Below, one piece after another: positions 35,954 through 45,100 of a stretch of DNA of 64,000 nt (position 1 is the first letter of the stretch; every line of letters begins with the position of its first letter). The notes under the pieces were generated by a model. That model made no database searches. It had not been told where the DNA came from and worked only from the letters and a program-made list of their open reading frames with translations. The DNA lies in assembly GCA_964460655.1 (NCBI GenBank), contig CAYWSH010000002.1:1377-65376 (forward strand), written 5' to 3'. Made by a program: the position numbers and the translations under genes. This DNA comes from an uncultured Terriglobales bacterium. GTDB lineage: Bacteria > Acidobacteriota > Terriglobia > Terriglobales > Acidobacteriaceae.

Positions 35954-37474
35954 TCAGGGGCGCAATTCGACCACGTAGGTGTCTTTTGTGTTGCGTGCCG
36001 CAGTGCCCGCCCAGTTCGAGCCGAAGATGATCTTCGTCAGGTCACGATTCGGCGCGGCGTGCGGCTCGTCCCAGTACTCGCGCCGCACGCTGTGGTGGTG
36101 CGCGATGCGCCTCACCTCGCCGGAGCCGTCGAGCTTTACGGCGAAGATCTCGTCCGCCAGTGTATGCAAATGGGTGTCACCCGTCGCGCCACTTTCGTGG
36201 TAGGTGGACATCAGGAGCCAACCCTTGGCATCCCTCGCGCGCATGGAAACATGCCAGCCGTTGCCGTGGAAACTCTCGGGCAAAACGGCCTTCACGACGC
36301 TCATGTCACGGAAGCGCGTGGCAAAGATGGTGTTGTAGTCGGCGTGCTGCGACTGATGCGCCTGGTTGACGAAGACCTCGCTGCCGTCGGCGAGCCACCC
36401 CGAATCGCTGTGCGTGTCGTAGGGAGCATCGGCGGCGCGCCGCATGTTGCGATAGTCCACGTCAAAGAACTCCGTTCCCCAGTGCTCCGGCGACTGGTCC
36501 GGACGCAGGGCCCACTGCACGTAAACGTACTTGCCGCTGGGTGAGATGCAGTTGGCGAGCGGGACTTTTACCTGGGGTGAGCGCAGGATCGGCATGTCGC
36601 CGCTCTGCGCGGCCACATTCCGCACGCCGAGGACGGTGTTGGAGGGGATGTCGTAGGTGAAGATGCCGTAGACGATGCCCTGGCCGTCGAGGATGGTGAA
36701 GGCGCCGCGGCGATTGTCGTCGGAGTAGTTGCAGTAGTCGCGCATCTTGATCTTCTTGTGCGCGAGCGCGATGCCGTCGAACGGGCTGTTCTCGGCGAAT
36801 TCGTGCACCGTTCGGCTCTGATCGCGGCGCACAGAATAGACCTTCAGAGCGGTGTCGCACGTGTACCAGATCGTATCGGCGTCGATATTGTCCCAGTGCG
36901 GGTTCGGATCGGAGCCGTCGTAGCAAAAGACGTCGCGGCCGAGCTTGCGCACGTACCGATAGCTGTTTCCGTCGTAGAGGTGAAGGAATCCGTTGCCGGC
37001 CTGGAGAAACAAGAGGGAGCCGTCAGCGTTCCAAGCTTGCAGCGGCGAGTAGACAGGTACGACGCCCCAGCCAGTGTCTTCGCCCGCGGGTAGAGGCAAA
37101 CGCTTCACCAGGGTATGAAAAGTCGGATCGCGATACACGTTCGCTGCATCGCCCGTGAAAGGTGGCAGCGCGGCAACCGGGGGCATGCTCAGTAGCTCAC
37201 AGTCGTCGCGTGCAGCGACGCGTCGACAAGTGCGCAGGTGCGCGAGTTGTGCGGGGACAGCCGTTCCGGGGACGGTCTGTGGAGCTTCGTACAGGCCGGT
37301 GGCGCGCGCCCGTAGCATGATGGCAGCACGCCGTCCCCAGCGCGTGCTCCGCAATCCCCATGTGGCCAGCAACAGCAGCAAGAGCGCGGCGACGACAACG
37401 GCGCTACGCCGCGCACCGCCGGTGAAGCGCCGTTCGTGCCCGTGCACTATCCTTGTGTCGGGCTCCAGCGTCAT
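35954..37474 (-). CDS. Membrane-anchored protein with an unassigned roughly 420-aa domain shared with the C-terminus of the giant lipoprotein
   Basis: ORF 35954..37546 trimmed to MTLEPD.. (ATG 37474..37472 forms ATGA with the methyltransferase stop). One TM (AVVVAALLLLLLATWGL). It shares C-x8-C, Y-x-DP-x-F, LQAWNADGS, RRIAHH and EPHA.PNRD.TKI.FGS.W with 42138..43487. Confidence 0.7.
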   Translation of the reverse strand: MTLEPDTRIVHGHERRFTGGARRSAVVVAALLLLLLATWGLRSTRWGRRAAIMLRARATGLYEAPQTVPGTAVPAQLAHLRTCRRVAARDDCELLSMPPVAALPPFTGDAANVYRDPTFHTLVKRLPLPAGEDTGWGVVPVYSPLQAWNADGSLLFLQAGNGFLHLYDGNSYRYVRKLGRDVFCYDGSDPNPHWDNIDADTIWYTCDTALKVYSVRRDQSRTVHEFAENSPFDGIALAHKKIKMRDYCNYSDDNRRGAFTILDGQGIVYGIFTYDIPSNTVLGVRNVAAQSGDMPILRSPQVKVPLANCISPSGKYVYVQWALRPDQSPEHWGTEFFDVDYRNMRRAADAPYDTHSDSGWLADGSEVFVNQAHQSQHADYNTIFATRFRDMSVVKAVLPESFHGNGWHVSMRARDAKGWLLMSTYHESGATGDTHLHTLADEIFAVKLDGSGEVRRIAHHHSVRREYWDEPHAAPNRDLTKIIFGSNWAGTAARNTKDTYVVELRP

Positions 37475-38214
37475 GGCTTTTCCAGGATGGCGATGATGTT
37501 CGGCCGCAGATGCCGCAGACGTTTGCTGCTCAAGGCACGGATCCACATCAGTTCCAAGACTGGCGCAAAGGGAATCACCACGAGTTCGGCAGTCGACCTT
37601 ATCAGTCGCACTTCCTGGACGGCAAAGCCCGACGTGGCGGCAACCTGGCGGATCTGCGCCTCTGTGTTCGCCCGATAGTGCGTCAGGAAAACGTCGTGCG
37701 CTTCGCGCGCGTTGATGACTCTGACGATCTTCTTCTTCAAGCCTTCAGGGGTCAGACTAGCCAGCTGCGTGGAGTACCCCGAGGTGTTCGGTGTGTGAAA
37801 AATGAATCTGCCGCCGGGTTTTAGGACGCGCAACACCTCGCGGAACTGCACCTCCGGCTGGTCGAGGTGTTCGACCACCATGTTCGCCGTGGCCAGGTCG
37901 AAGGTGTTGTCGCGGAAGGGCAACTCCTCGAGTTTGCCGGCCACACGCCGGGCGATGGTCTTGTGCCAGGAGAGGGCTTGCTCCACTGGATCGAGACCCA
38001 CGACCATGTGGGCGCGCCGCGTGAGCTCGGCTTCATCCTGCGCGCGGTTCGCTTCGAACAGTTGATGTCCGCAGCCGAGGTCGACCCAGGTCGCGCCCTT
38101 CGGTACTTCGCGCAGCAGCGTGTCGGCGTACTCATCGGCGGCGAATCTCAGGCCCGGCACGAGCAAGGCTTCTATCGGCCGGTAGACCGCCCACATGAAT
38201 CGTCGGTATCTCAT
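37471..38214 (-). CDS. Class I SAM-dependent methyltransferase
   Basis: VDLGCGHQLF (motif I), FDLATANMVVEHL, LKPGGRFIFHTPN. Confidence 0.85.
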   Translation of the reverse strand: MRYRRFMWAVYRPIEALLVPGLRFAADEYADTLLREVPKGATWVDLGCGHQLFEANRAQDEAELTRRAHMVVGLDPVEQALSWHKTIARRVAGKLEELPFRDNTFDLATANMVVEHLDQPEVQFREVLRVLKPGGRFIFHTPNTSGYSTQLASLTPEGLKKKIVRVINAREAHDVFLTHYRANTEAQIRQVAATSGFAVQEVRLIRSTAELVVIPFAPVLELMWIRALSSKRLRHLRPNIIAILEKP

Positions 38215-38226
38215 GGAGTGTTCTGT

Positions 38227-39357
38227 TTATTCGCGTCCGGCGGCGGCCTCGGCCAAGGGTTGCGCTTTCGGAGTGACCACCGCGAGCTCCGGCGCGAGCA
38301 GAGCGGGACGTCGTGCCAGGCGAGGCACCACCTGCTTCACCACACGTCCACCTACGCGGATCAGCGGCGCTTCGATGGTGTGAAACAGCACCACCGGCAC
38401 GCTCACGATCAGCACGGTGAACACGCTCCACCGCAGTGCCAGCGGCCAGGCTTGCAGCACGCCGAAGCCGACCCAGATGGCGAAGTAATGGCACAGATAA
38501 ATGCCGTACGAATACTTGGCGATGAGGTGCGCAACTGTCTTTGCCACGCCCGCAGGTAATTCGGCGAAAAACGGAATACCGAGTCCCAATGCCAGGCAAC
38601 ATCCCCAGCCCAGGTACACCGCGATGCTCGCGTGCGTGGCGGCCTGCACGATGAAGCCGACCACCAGCACTGCCAGAAAGATCGGCCACAGCCAGAACGG
38701 CAACTTCCGTTGCGCACTGCTGCTGAGCTTGTAAGCGATGACGCCGGGGATAAAGTTGGGCATGTACTGCGCGAGCTCGAAGAAGTAGCTCACCGGCAGC
38801 CGCATCAGGCCGAGATTGAGAAGCAATGCCGCCAGCCAGATCCCGATCACCGGGAACGCGCGACGGCTGCGCGTTGCCATCAGGTAGAGCGCGGGCAGCA
38901 GGCAATACATCTGGATCTCGAACGGCAAGCTCCACAACACACCGAGAACGGATGGTGTGCGAATGAGATTCTGCATCAGGAGGAAATTTGCCAGCCAACC
39001 ACCGGGCGAGATCACCGTCCAGCTGAGCGAGTGCGGCTCGAGGTTCGTCTGCGGGATGCGGAATAAGAGAATGGCGCCGACTACGACGATGCTCAACGGG
39101 TAGATGCGGAAGATGCGGCGCAGCATGAAACCGGAAAAGATCGGCATCCCCGGGTACTGCTGCTGCTGGCGTCGCAGCGAGAGCATGAGAACGAGCGTCG
39201 TATGGACAAAGAACAGCAGCACGCCGAGCAGGCCCATGGGCCGGATGCTGACTCCGGCGATGCTTATAACCCCCTGAAATAAAAGAAGATGGAACACAAG
39301 GACCAGCATTACCGCGGTCGCGCGGAGGACGTCGAGATTGGCCGATTCCTGCGTCAT
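38227..39357 (-). CDS. Acyltransferase family 3 (membrane O-acyltransferase)
   Basis: 376 aa with about 10 TM helices. N-terminal LDVLRATAVMLVLVFHL, typical of the Acyl_transf_3 family. Confidence 0.8.
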   Translation of the reverse strand: MTQESANLDVLRATAVMLVLVFHLLLFQGVISIAGVSIRPMGLLGVLLFFVHTTLVLMLSLRRQQQQYPGMPIFSGFMLRRIFRIYPLSIVVVGAILLFRIPQTNLEPHSLSWTVISPGGWLANFLLMQNLIRTPSVLGVLWSLPFEIQMYCLLPALYLMATRSRRAFPVIGIWLAALLLNLGLMRLPVSYFFELAQYMPNFIPGVIAYKLSSSAQRKLPFWLWPIFLAVLVVGFIVQAATHASIAVYLGWGCCLALGLGIPFFAELPAGVAKTVAHLIAKYSYGIYLCHYFAIWVGFGVLQAWPLALRWSVFTVLIVSVPVVLFHTIEAPLIRVGGRVVKQVVPRLARRPALLAPELAVVTPKAQPLAEAAAGRE

Positions 39358-39479
39358 TCAGCGGGGTGGCGCGGGGGCGCACACGGTAGGGGATAGCCGC
39401 GATATTAGCATCAAAAAACGCCAAAACGGTATTGCTTGCTGAGGTTTGCGGCGTTACCAGCGGGTGTGCCTGAGTTACG

Positions 39480-41519
39480 ATGACCGCGATGTGCAAGGTC
39501 CGCTGGATCACCCTGTTTCTCATGCTCGAGGCGCTGCCGCTGTGGGCCGCGCCACCGCACGTCTTGTTTATTGACCTCGACTCCGGCCCGAAAACCGGCG
39601 GTGAGCATAATCAGGGCGTCTACGTCACCATCTTCGGGAAGCGCTTCGGCGCGGCGCCCCAGGTCACAATCGGGGGCGGCGAAGTGGCCCGGATCGTCGC
39701 CCATTGTGAGGCCTGCTCCAACGCGCAACTCGGACCTGCGCCCAGCGACCGGATGGACGTCGTCGTGGTCGAGCTTGGGGCGCGCGTCGCTACGGGCGAC
39801 GTTGTAGTCACCACTCCTGACGGCCAGAGCAGTGGCGGCCCAACATTCACGGTGCGGCCGGGCAGGGTCTTCTGCGTCAGTCCTGCCGGCAAAGACGCCG
39901 CGTCACATGGGACGTTCGCCGCTGGCTGCTGGCAATCGGTGATCTTCGCCCGCAACGCGATCGCGCCCGGCGATACGGTCTATGTGCGGGCGGGTGTGCT
40001 CACTACGGGCCGAGACCCCACGCAGGCCGAGGCCTGGTGCGCGGCGCTCGTCATCGGCAAAGATGCCGGCGATGCGGGTACGGCGGGAAATCCAAAGGCG
40101 CTGGTGGCGTACCCAGGCGAAACGGTCACCATCGGCGACACCAGCGGCTCGTTCGATCCCAATGGGCGATTGCTTCGGCCGCGGCAGACGTGCGCGCAAG
40201 TGACCGCGCCGCTCTCACAGAGCGGCAAGGCCGGCAGCATCAAGCGTACGAGCGGCCTTACGCGCGTCCGCATCGCCGGCACCGACTTCCACGCTTCGCT
40301 GCGGGGCGCGCGTGTCGGCGCGTGGGTCAGCGTCACCGGCACGCGGAACTACAACCGCGTTCTCCGTATCCGTTCTCTCACGCTCGACTGCATGGGCTCG
40401 GGGCGCGATGCCGACCACTGCTGGAAGGACGACCTCACGCTTCTGGACCCGGGCGATGACCTGCCGGAAGAAACCACGGCAACGCTCGGCGTGGTGAGCG
40501 TGTACGACACCGGCATTCGCAGCAAAGGAGGGTCGGACTACTGGACCATCGCCGGCTTCCAGGTGCGCGGCGTCACCGACGCGATCAACTGGAAGGGCGC
40601 ACACACGCGCCTCATCAACCTCGATCTCTCAGCTCCCGGCGGAGACAATGAGGCCGCCTGCCAGGATGGCGCCGGCGATATCGACGATCTCAAGTGGTAC
40701 GGCGTCAAGGTCCACGACTGCGGTATCGCACGCAGTTCGACGGCGAAGTTCTTTCACCAGGTCTACTGGTGTTGCGGCAATAACCACGGCATCGACCAGG
40801 GGTGGTTCGAGATCGGCGGGAACAACTGGGGTTGTAGCGGCATCCAGGACAATGCTTCGGCGAGTCACGCCACCGCCGATTACGACTGGCAGATCCACGA
40901 TGGCTATCTGCATGACAATCGTTGCGCCGCCATCGCGCTGCAGACCGTTGATCCCGCGAAGGGCGCGGTCCGGCTCTGGAACCTCATCATTCAGCGCAGC
41001 GGCATCGGGCCGTCACCGATCGACGGCGGCGGTTCGTACAGCTGTATCCGAGCCAACCAGGTCGCGCCCGGGCAGGGCACGACCTCGGGCAACATCGAGA
41101 TCTACAACAGCACCTTTCAGGATTGCGGTGCGCTCGATATTCACCAGCGCGGCACGCGTGGCATCATCACGAACGATGGTCGCGTAGCTGCGATCGGCAT
41201 AACGGCGTCGAACCTGCTTGTTCTCCAGCCTGTGGGCCAGCCTTATCTGGAGAGCGCCGGCCCAATCACCGTCACCCACAGTCATTGCTTCGGCAACGGC
41301 GAGTGTCCCGGGGATTGGCAGAACAGTTCCTCCGGGGATCCCAACTTGGCTGATAGGTCGGGCAAGGTCGATTTTCACCTTACCAGCGCGAGCCCTTTGT
41401 CCGTGCAAGACAGCGGACAAGCAACCTCGGCAAAGGTTGATCTTGATGGCGTGAACCGGCCGCAGCGTTCGGCCCACTCCCGTGGTGCTTACGAGCTGCC
41501 GGCCCGGAAGAAGGAGTGA
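39480..41519 (+). CDS. Secreted IPT/TIG-like + right-handed parallel beta-helix protein (paralogue of giant lipoprotein residues ~1286-1939)
   Basis: Signal peptide (..EALPLWA|AP). DLDSGPKTGGEHN..VTIFG (IPT-like). Repetitive beta-helix-type segments (KGGSDYWTIAGF, KFFHQVYW, GWFEIGGNNWGC, HDGYLHDNRC). An alternative start exists at 39489. Confidence 0.75.
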   Translation: MTAMCKVRWITLFLMLEALPLWAAPPHVLFIDLDSGPKTGGEHNQGVYVTIFGKRFGAAPQVTIGGGEVARIVAHCEACSNAQLGPAPSDRMDVVVVELGARVATGDVVVTTPDGQSSGGPTFTVRPGRVFCVSPAGKDAASHGTFAAGCWQSVIFARNAIAPGDTVYVRAGVLTTGRDPTQAEAWCAALVIGKDAGDAGTAGNPKALVAYPGETVTIGDTSGSFDPNGRLLRPRQTCAQVTAPLSQSGKAGSIKRTSGLTRVRIAGTDFHASLRGARVGAWVSVTGTRNYNRVLRIRSLTLDCMGSGRDADHCWKDDLTLLDPGDDLPEETTATLGVVSVYDTGIRSKGGSDYWTIAGFQVRGVTDAINWKGAHTRLINLDLSAPGGDNEAACQDGAGDIDDLKWYGVKVHDCGIARSSTAKFFHQVYWCCGNNHGIDQGWFEIGGNNWGCSGIQDNASASHATADYDWQIHDGYLHDNRCAAIALQTVDPAKGAVRLWNLIIQRSGIGPSPIDGGGSYSCIRANQVAPGQGTTSGNIEIYNSTFQDCGALDIHQRGTRGIITNDGRVAAIGITASNLLVLQPVGQPYLESAGPITVTHSHCFGNGECPGDWQNSSSGDPNLADRSGKVDFHLTSASPLSVQDSGQATSAKVDLDGVNRPQRSAHSRGAYELPARKKE

Positions 41520-41522
41520 CAA

Positions 41523-42125
41523 CTAAGCGCCTGGCCGATTGCTATAGATATGCCAATCGAGCGTGTGGGCACTGCCCCCAGCGATCTCCGTAAGCAAGCC
41601 CCCCTCTTCAATCGAGGCTCGCACATGCTCGGCGTTGACCACCACGAGCCAACGTTCTTCCCCATCGCGCATCAAGGCTTTGATGTTCCCGATCACCTGC
41701 TTGGCGACGGCGCCGCGAAACGGATTGAAGAGGAAGATCACCCTGACGTCTGCCGGGAGGGGGTAATCCGCGGCGTCGGCACAGACGACCTCGATGTTCT
41801 TCTTTCCGGCTGTAACGTGGCGACAGTACGCCGCCAGCCTTTCCGATAATTCCACTCCGATCACGCGGTGAAATCCAAAGCGCGCGGCGACCAGCAGCGC
41901 ACGGCCCTTGCCGCAACCGATATCTAGAAAGCCCTTGCGACGCAGCTCTGGCGGGAAGCGGCGCATCAGGTCATGCAAGAGCCAATACGGGGTCGCAGGG
42001 TAGGGCCGGGCGTCGGGCCCGGTGCCAAGTTCTTCGGTAGTCAGGGTGCCGCCGGTCTCGGCGTGGTAGCGCCAGTCATTCACGCGCTCAGCTAAGTTTC
42101 GCGCCTTGCGGGCCAGGTAATTCAT
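41523..42125 (-). CDS. Class I SAM-dependent methyltransferase
   Basis: FLDIGCGKGRALLVAARFG (motif I), VIGVELS, VIFLFNPF. It lies 9 nt downstream of the giant gene on the same strand. Confidence 0.8.
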   Translation of the reverse strand: MNYLARKARNLAERVNDWRYHAETGGTLTTEELGTGPDARPYPATPYWLLHDLMRRFPPELRRKGFLDIGCGKGRALLVAARFGFHRVIGVELSERLAAYCRHVTAGKKNIEVVCADAADYPLPADVRVIFLFNPFRGAVAKQVIGNIKALMRDGEERWLVVVNAEHVRASIEEGGLLTEIAGGSAHTLDWHIYSNRPGA

Positions 42126-42134
42126 CTCGGCAGC

Positions 42135-45100
42135 CTACGGCAGCTCGATGACGTAAGCGAAGTGCGAATCAGGATTCGCACCCGCGCTCGTTCTCCATGT
42201 GGATCCGAACACGATCTTCGTGCAATCGCGATTCGGTGTTGCATGGGGTTCCGCGAATGAATCGGTCACGATCGATTGGTGGTGCGCGATGCGCCGGAAT
42301 TCATTGCTGCCGTCGAGCTTCGCGGCGAAGATCTCGTCCTGCATCGGCTGCGCCGCGCTAGGATCGGGATTGCTGCCATTCGGCGGGCTCGTGAAGGACG
42401 ACATGATCGCCCAGCCACGCAACTGCTGGCAGCGCATCGACGCGCTCATCGCGCCGCCGTTGAACGAACCGTTCGGCCGCACCGAGTTCACCATGCTGAG
42501 GTCGTTGAAGCGCACGGCGTTCAGCGTGCGATCGTCATCGGGCACTGCCTGGTTGATCTGGGCCACGAACGCTTCGCTACCGTCGCCCAGGAAGCCGACG
42601 TCGAGCGTGCCTGAGTGGTCGCCGTTGCCCGCCTGCCGCTTGCCCGTGAAGTTGTTGTTGAAGACCTGATAGCCGTGGAAGGTCGGCGACTGCGCCAGCG
42701 ACAGGTTCCAATCGATCACTATGTTGTTGCCGCTGGGCGACATGCACACGGCAGCGGGCACTCCGCCTTGCGGCGAGCCCGGGACCTGCGTATCGCCGCC
42801 TTGCTGGAAGTTCATCGCGCCCAGGATGCTGTCGGTCCCGATATCGTAGGCCGCCACACCGATGATGTTCCCCGCCCCCGGAGCGACGATGCGGAACGCC
42901 ACGCGGTTATTGTTCGAGGAGAAGTCGCAGTTGTCTCCCATGCGCAGCTTGTTATTGGTCATGGCGATGCCGTCGATGGTGAGCGGGCAGAAATCTTTGA
43001 CCAGCGTAGAGCGGTCGGTCCCCACGTGATACTGCAGCAGCTTGCAGCCGCTGGTGTACCAGATAACGTCGGGATCGCCGTTGTCCCACTTGAAGGCCGA
43101 TTCGCTGTCGTAGCTGACGCCGGGATTGGCGGTGCTGCCGTTGTTGTTCGCCACCGAGCGGAACAGGGTGTACGCGGTCCCGCTGAAGATGTGGATCGTC
43201 CCCGTGGCCGCGCTCAGCATCAGCTTGCTGCCGTCAGCGTTCCACGCCTGCACGCTCGAGTGCGCCGGTACCAGGCCCACGCCGACTTGCCCGATCAGGG
43301 TCTGCGGGATGGAAATACGACGGATCCTGGTGCTGAACACCGGGTCGGTGTAGATCGTTGCGGCTGTGCCATCGAACAGCGGTGGATTGAGGTCCGGCGG
43401 ACTATTCAAGGTGGTGCAGTTGTCCGTCGCGCCATTGCGCTGACACACGATGAGCGACTGGAACTGCGACGGCGTGGACGAAGGCTGCGGTCCCACGCTG
43501 ATGGTCATGGTCCGAGTCGCCGCTTGCGGCGTCGTCGGACTCCCGTCGTTCACCTGGTAATTGGCGGTAAAGATCCCGCTCGCGGTCGGCGTGCCGGTGA
43601 GGATGCCTCCGCTCGACAGGTTGACGCCCGGAGGCAGGGAACCGGCGCCGATCGACCACGTGTACGGCGGGGTGCCGCCGCTCGCACTGAGCGACGCGTT
43701 GTAGGCCGCTCCGGTAGTGGCGCCCGGCAGGCTCGTTGTGTTGATGGTGAGGAGCGGCGGCGGTGAAGCGACGCTGACGGTGATGGGTATTGCCAGCACC
43801 GTGCTTTGTTGCGCCTGCGCCGCAGAATCGCGCGCCTGCACCGTGAAGTTGAAGCCGCCCGTCGTGGTCGGCACGCCGGTGATCGCACCCGTCGTCCCAT
43901 TCAGGCTCAGGCCCGGCGGCAACGCACCCAGCACGATGGTCCAGGTGTACGGCGGAGCCCCGCCGGCGGCGACCAGACTGGTTGCGTAGTTCGCGCCCAC
44001 GATGCCAGTCGGAAGTGAAGTCGTGGTGATCCGCAGCAGCGACGACTGGACGCTCAAGCCCAGCGTGCTCGTTACGCTGGCCCCGACTGCGTCGGTCACT
44101 TTGAACTGCAACGTAAAGAAGCCGGTGACGTTCGGCGTGCCGGAGAGCACGCCGTTATTGGCGCCCAGGCTCAGCCCGCCCGGCAGCGCCGTGAGCGCCG
44201 TCCAGGTGTAGGGCGAAGTGCCGCCGGTGGCGGTCAGAGTGGTGCTGTACAGCGCATTCAGCTGCGCGTTCGGCAGGAAGCTGGTCGCGATGGCGAGCGT
44301 CGGCGGCAATACTTGGATACTCAAGACGCCGCTTTGCTGCGCCTGGCCGGTGGCATCCACTACGCGCAGCGCGAAAGAATACGTTCCGGCGATCGACGGT
44401 ATGCCGCTCAGCACGCCGCTCGTGGACAACGTGATGCCCGGGGGCAGGCTGCCGCTCAACAGTGACCAGGTGAACGGCGCCGTTCCGCCATTGGCGGCGA
44501 GCGTGACCGAATACGTGCTGCCGATGCTCGTGTTCGGCAGGGTGGCCGTGGTGCTGGTGGCGCCCGAGGGTATCAGTTCGTAGGCGCCCATCGAGTTGGT
44601 AGTGCCCTGCGGGCGTGGCAGGCCGTCATGGTCAAAGCTGACGGCAGCATTGAAACCGCTGGTGACGATGGCGGCTGGCGTGGAAGACGTTAGGTGCAGG
44701 TCGCTGTAGCCGGTGTTGTCCTGCAATTGCGGATCGAGGCTGATGGTGCTCGTCCACGTGAGCGGACACGCCCCGGTAACGCCGTTCGTACCGCCGGTAC
44801 AGTTGCTGAACGAGCCTGTGACGACGCCGAGACCATCAACGTACTTCTCGCCGGAAGTGTTGACGATGACGGTGTCCCGCACGTCGATGCTGATGGCGGG
44901 CCGCGCATTGCCGTTGTCGATGGCGCCGCGCGAGTTCGAGCCGCCAAGTGTTTCTCTGCCGCAATCGATCAGCGTGTTGTTGAAGGTTTGGATCGCGCCC
45001 GATGCGCCGGGCGTGGTCGCAGCCGCGATGTTGTTGGCCTCGATACAGGCATAGACGCCGCCACCATCCACCGGCGTCGGCCCCATGCCGGCGCGCTGCA

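Noticed and set aside
41537-41550. TTGCTATAGAT (extended -10-like, similar to the 15-mer core) on the plus strand.
   Set aside because: It lies inside the methyltransferase coding region, just after the end of a plus-strand gene, and nothing downstream on the plus strand could use it. It matches only part of the 15-mer.
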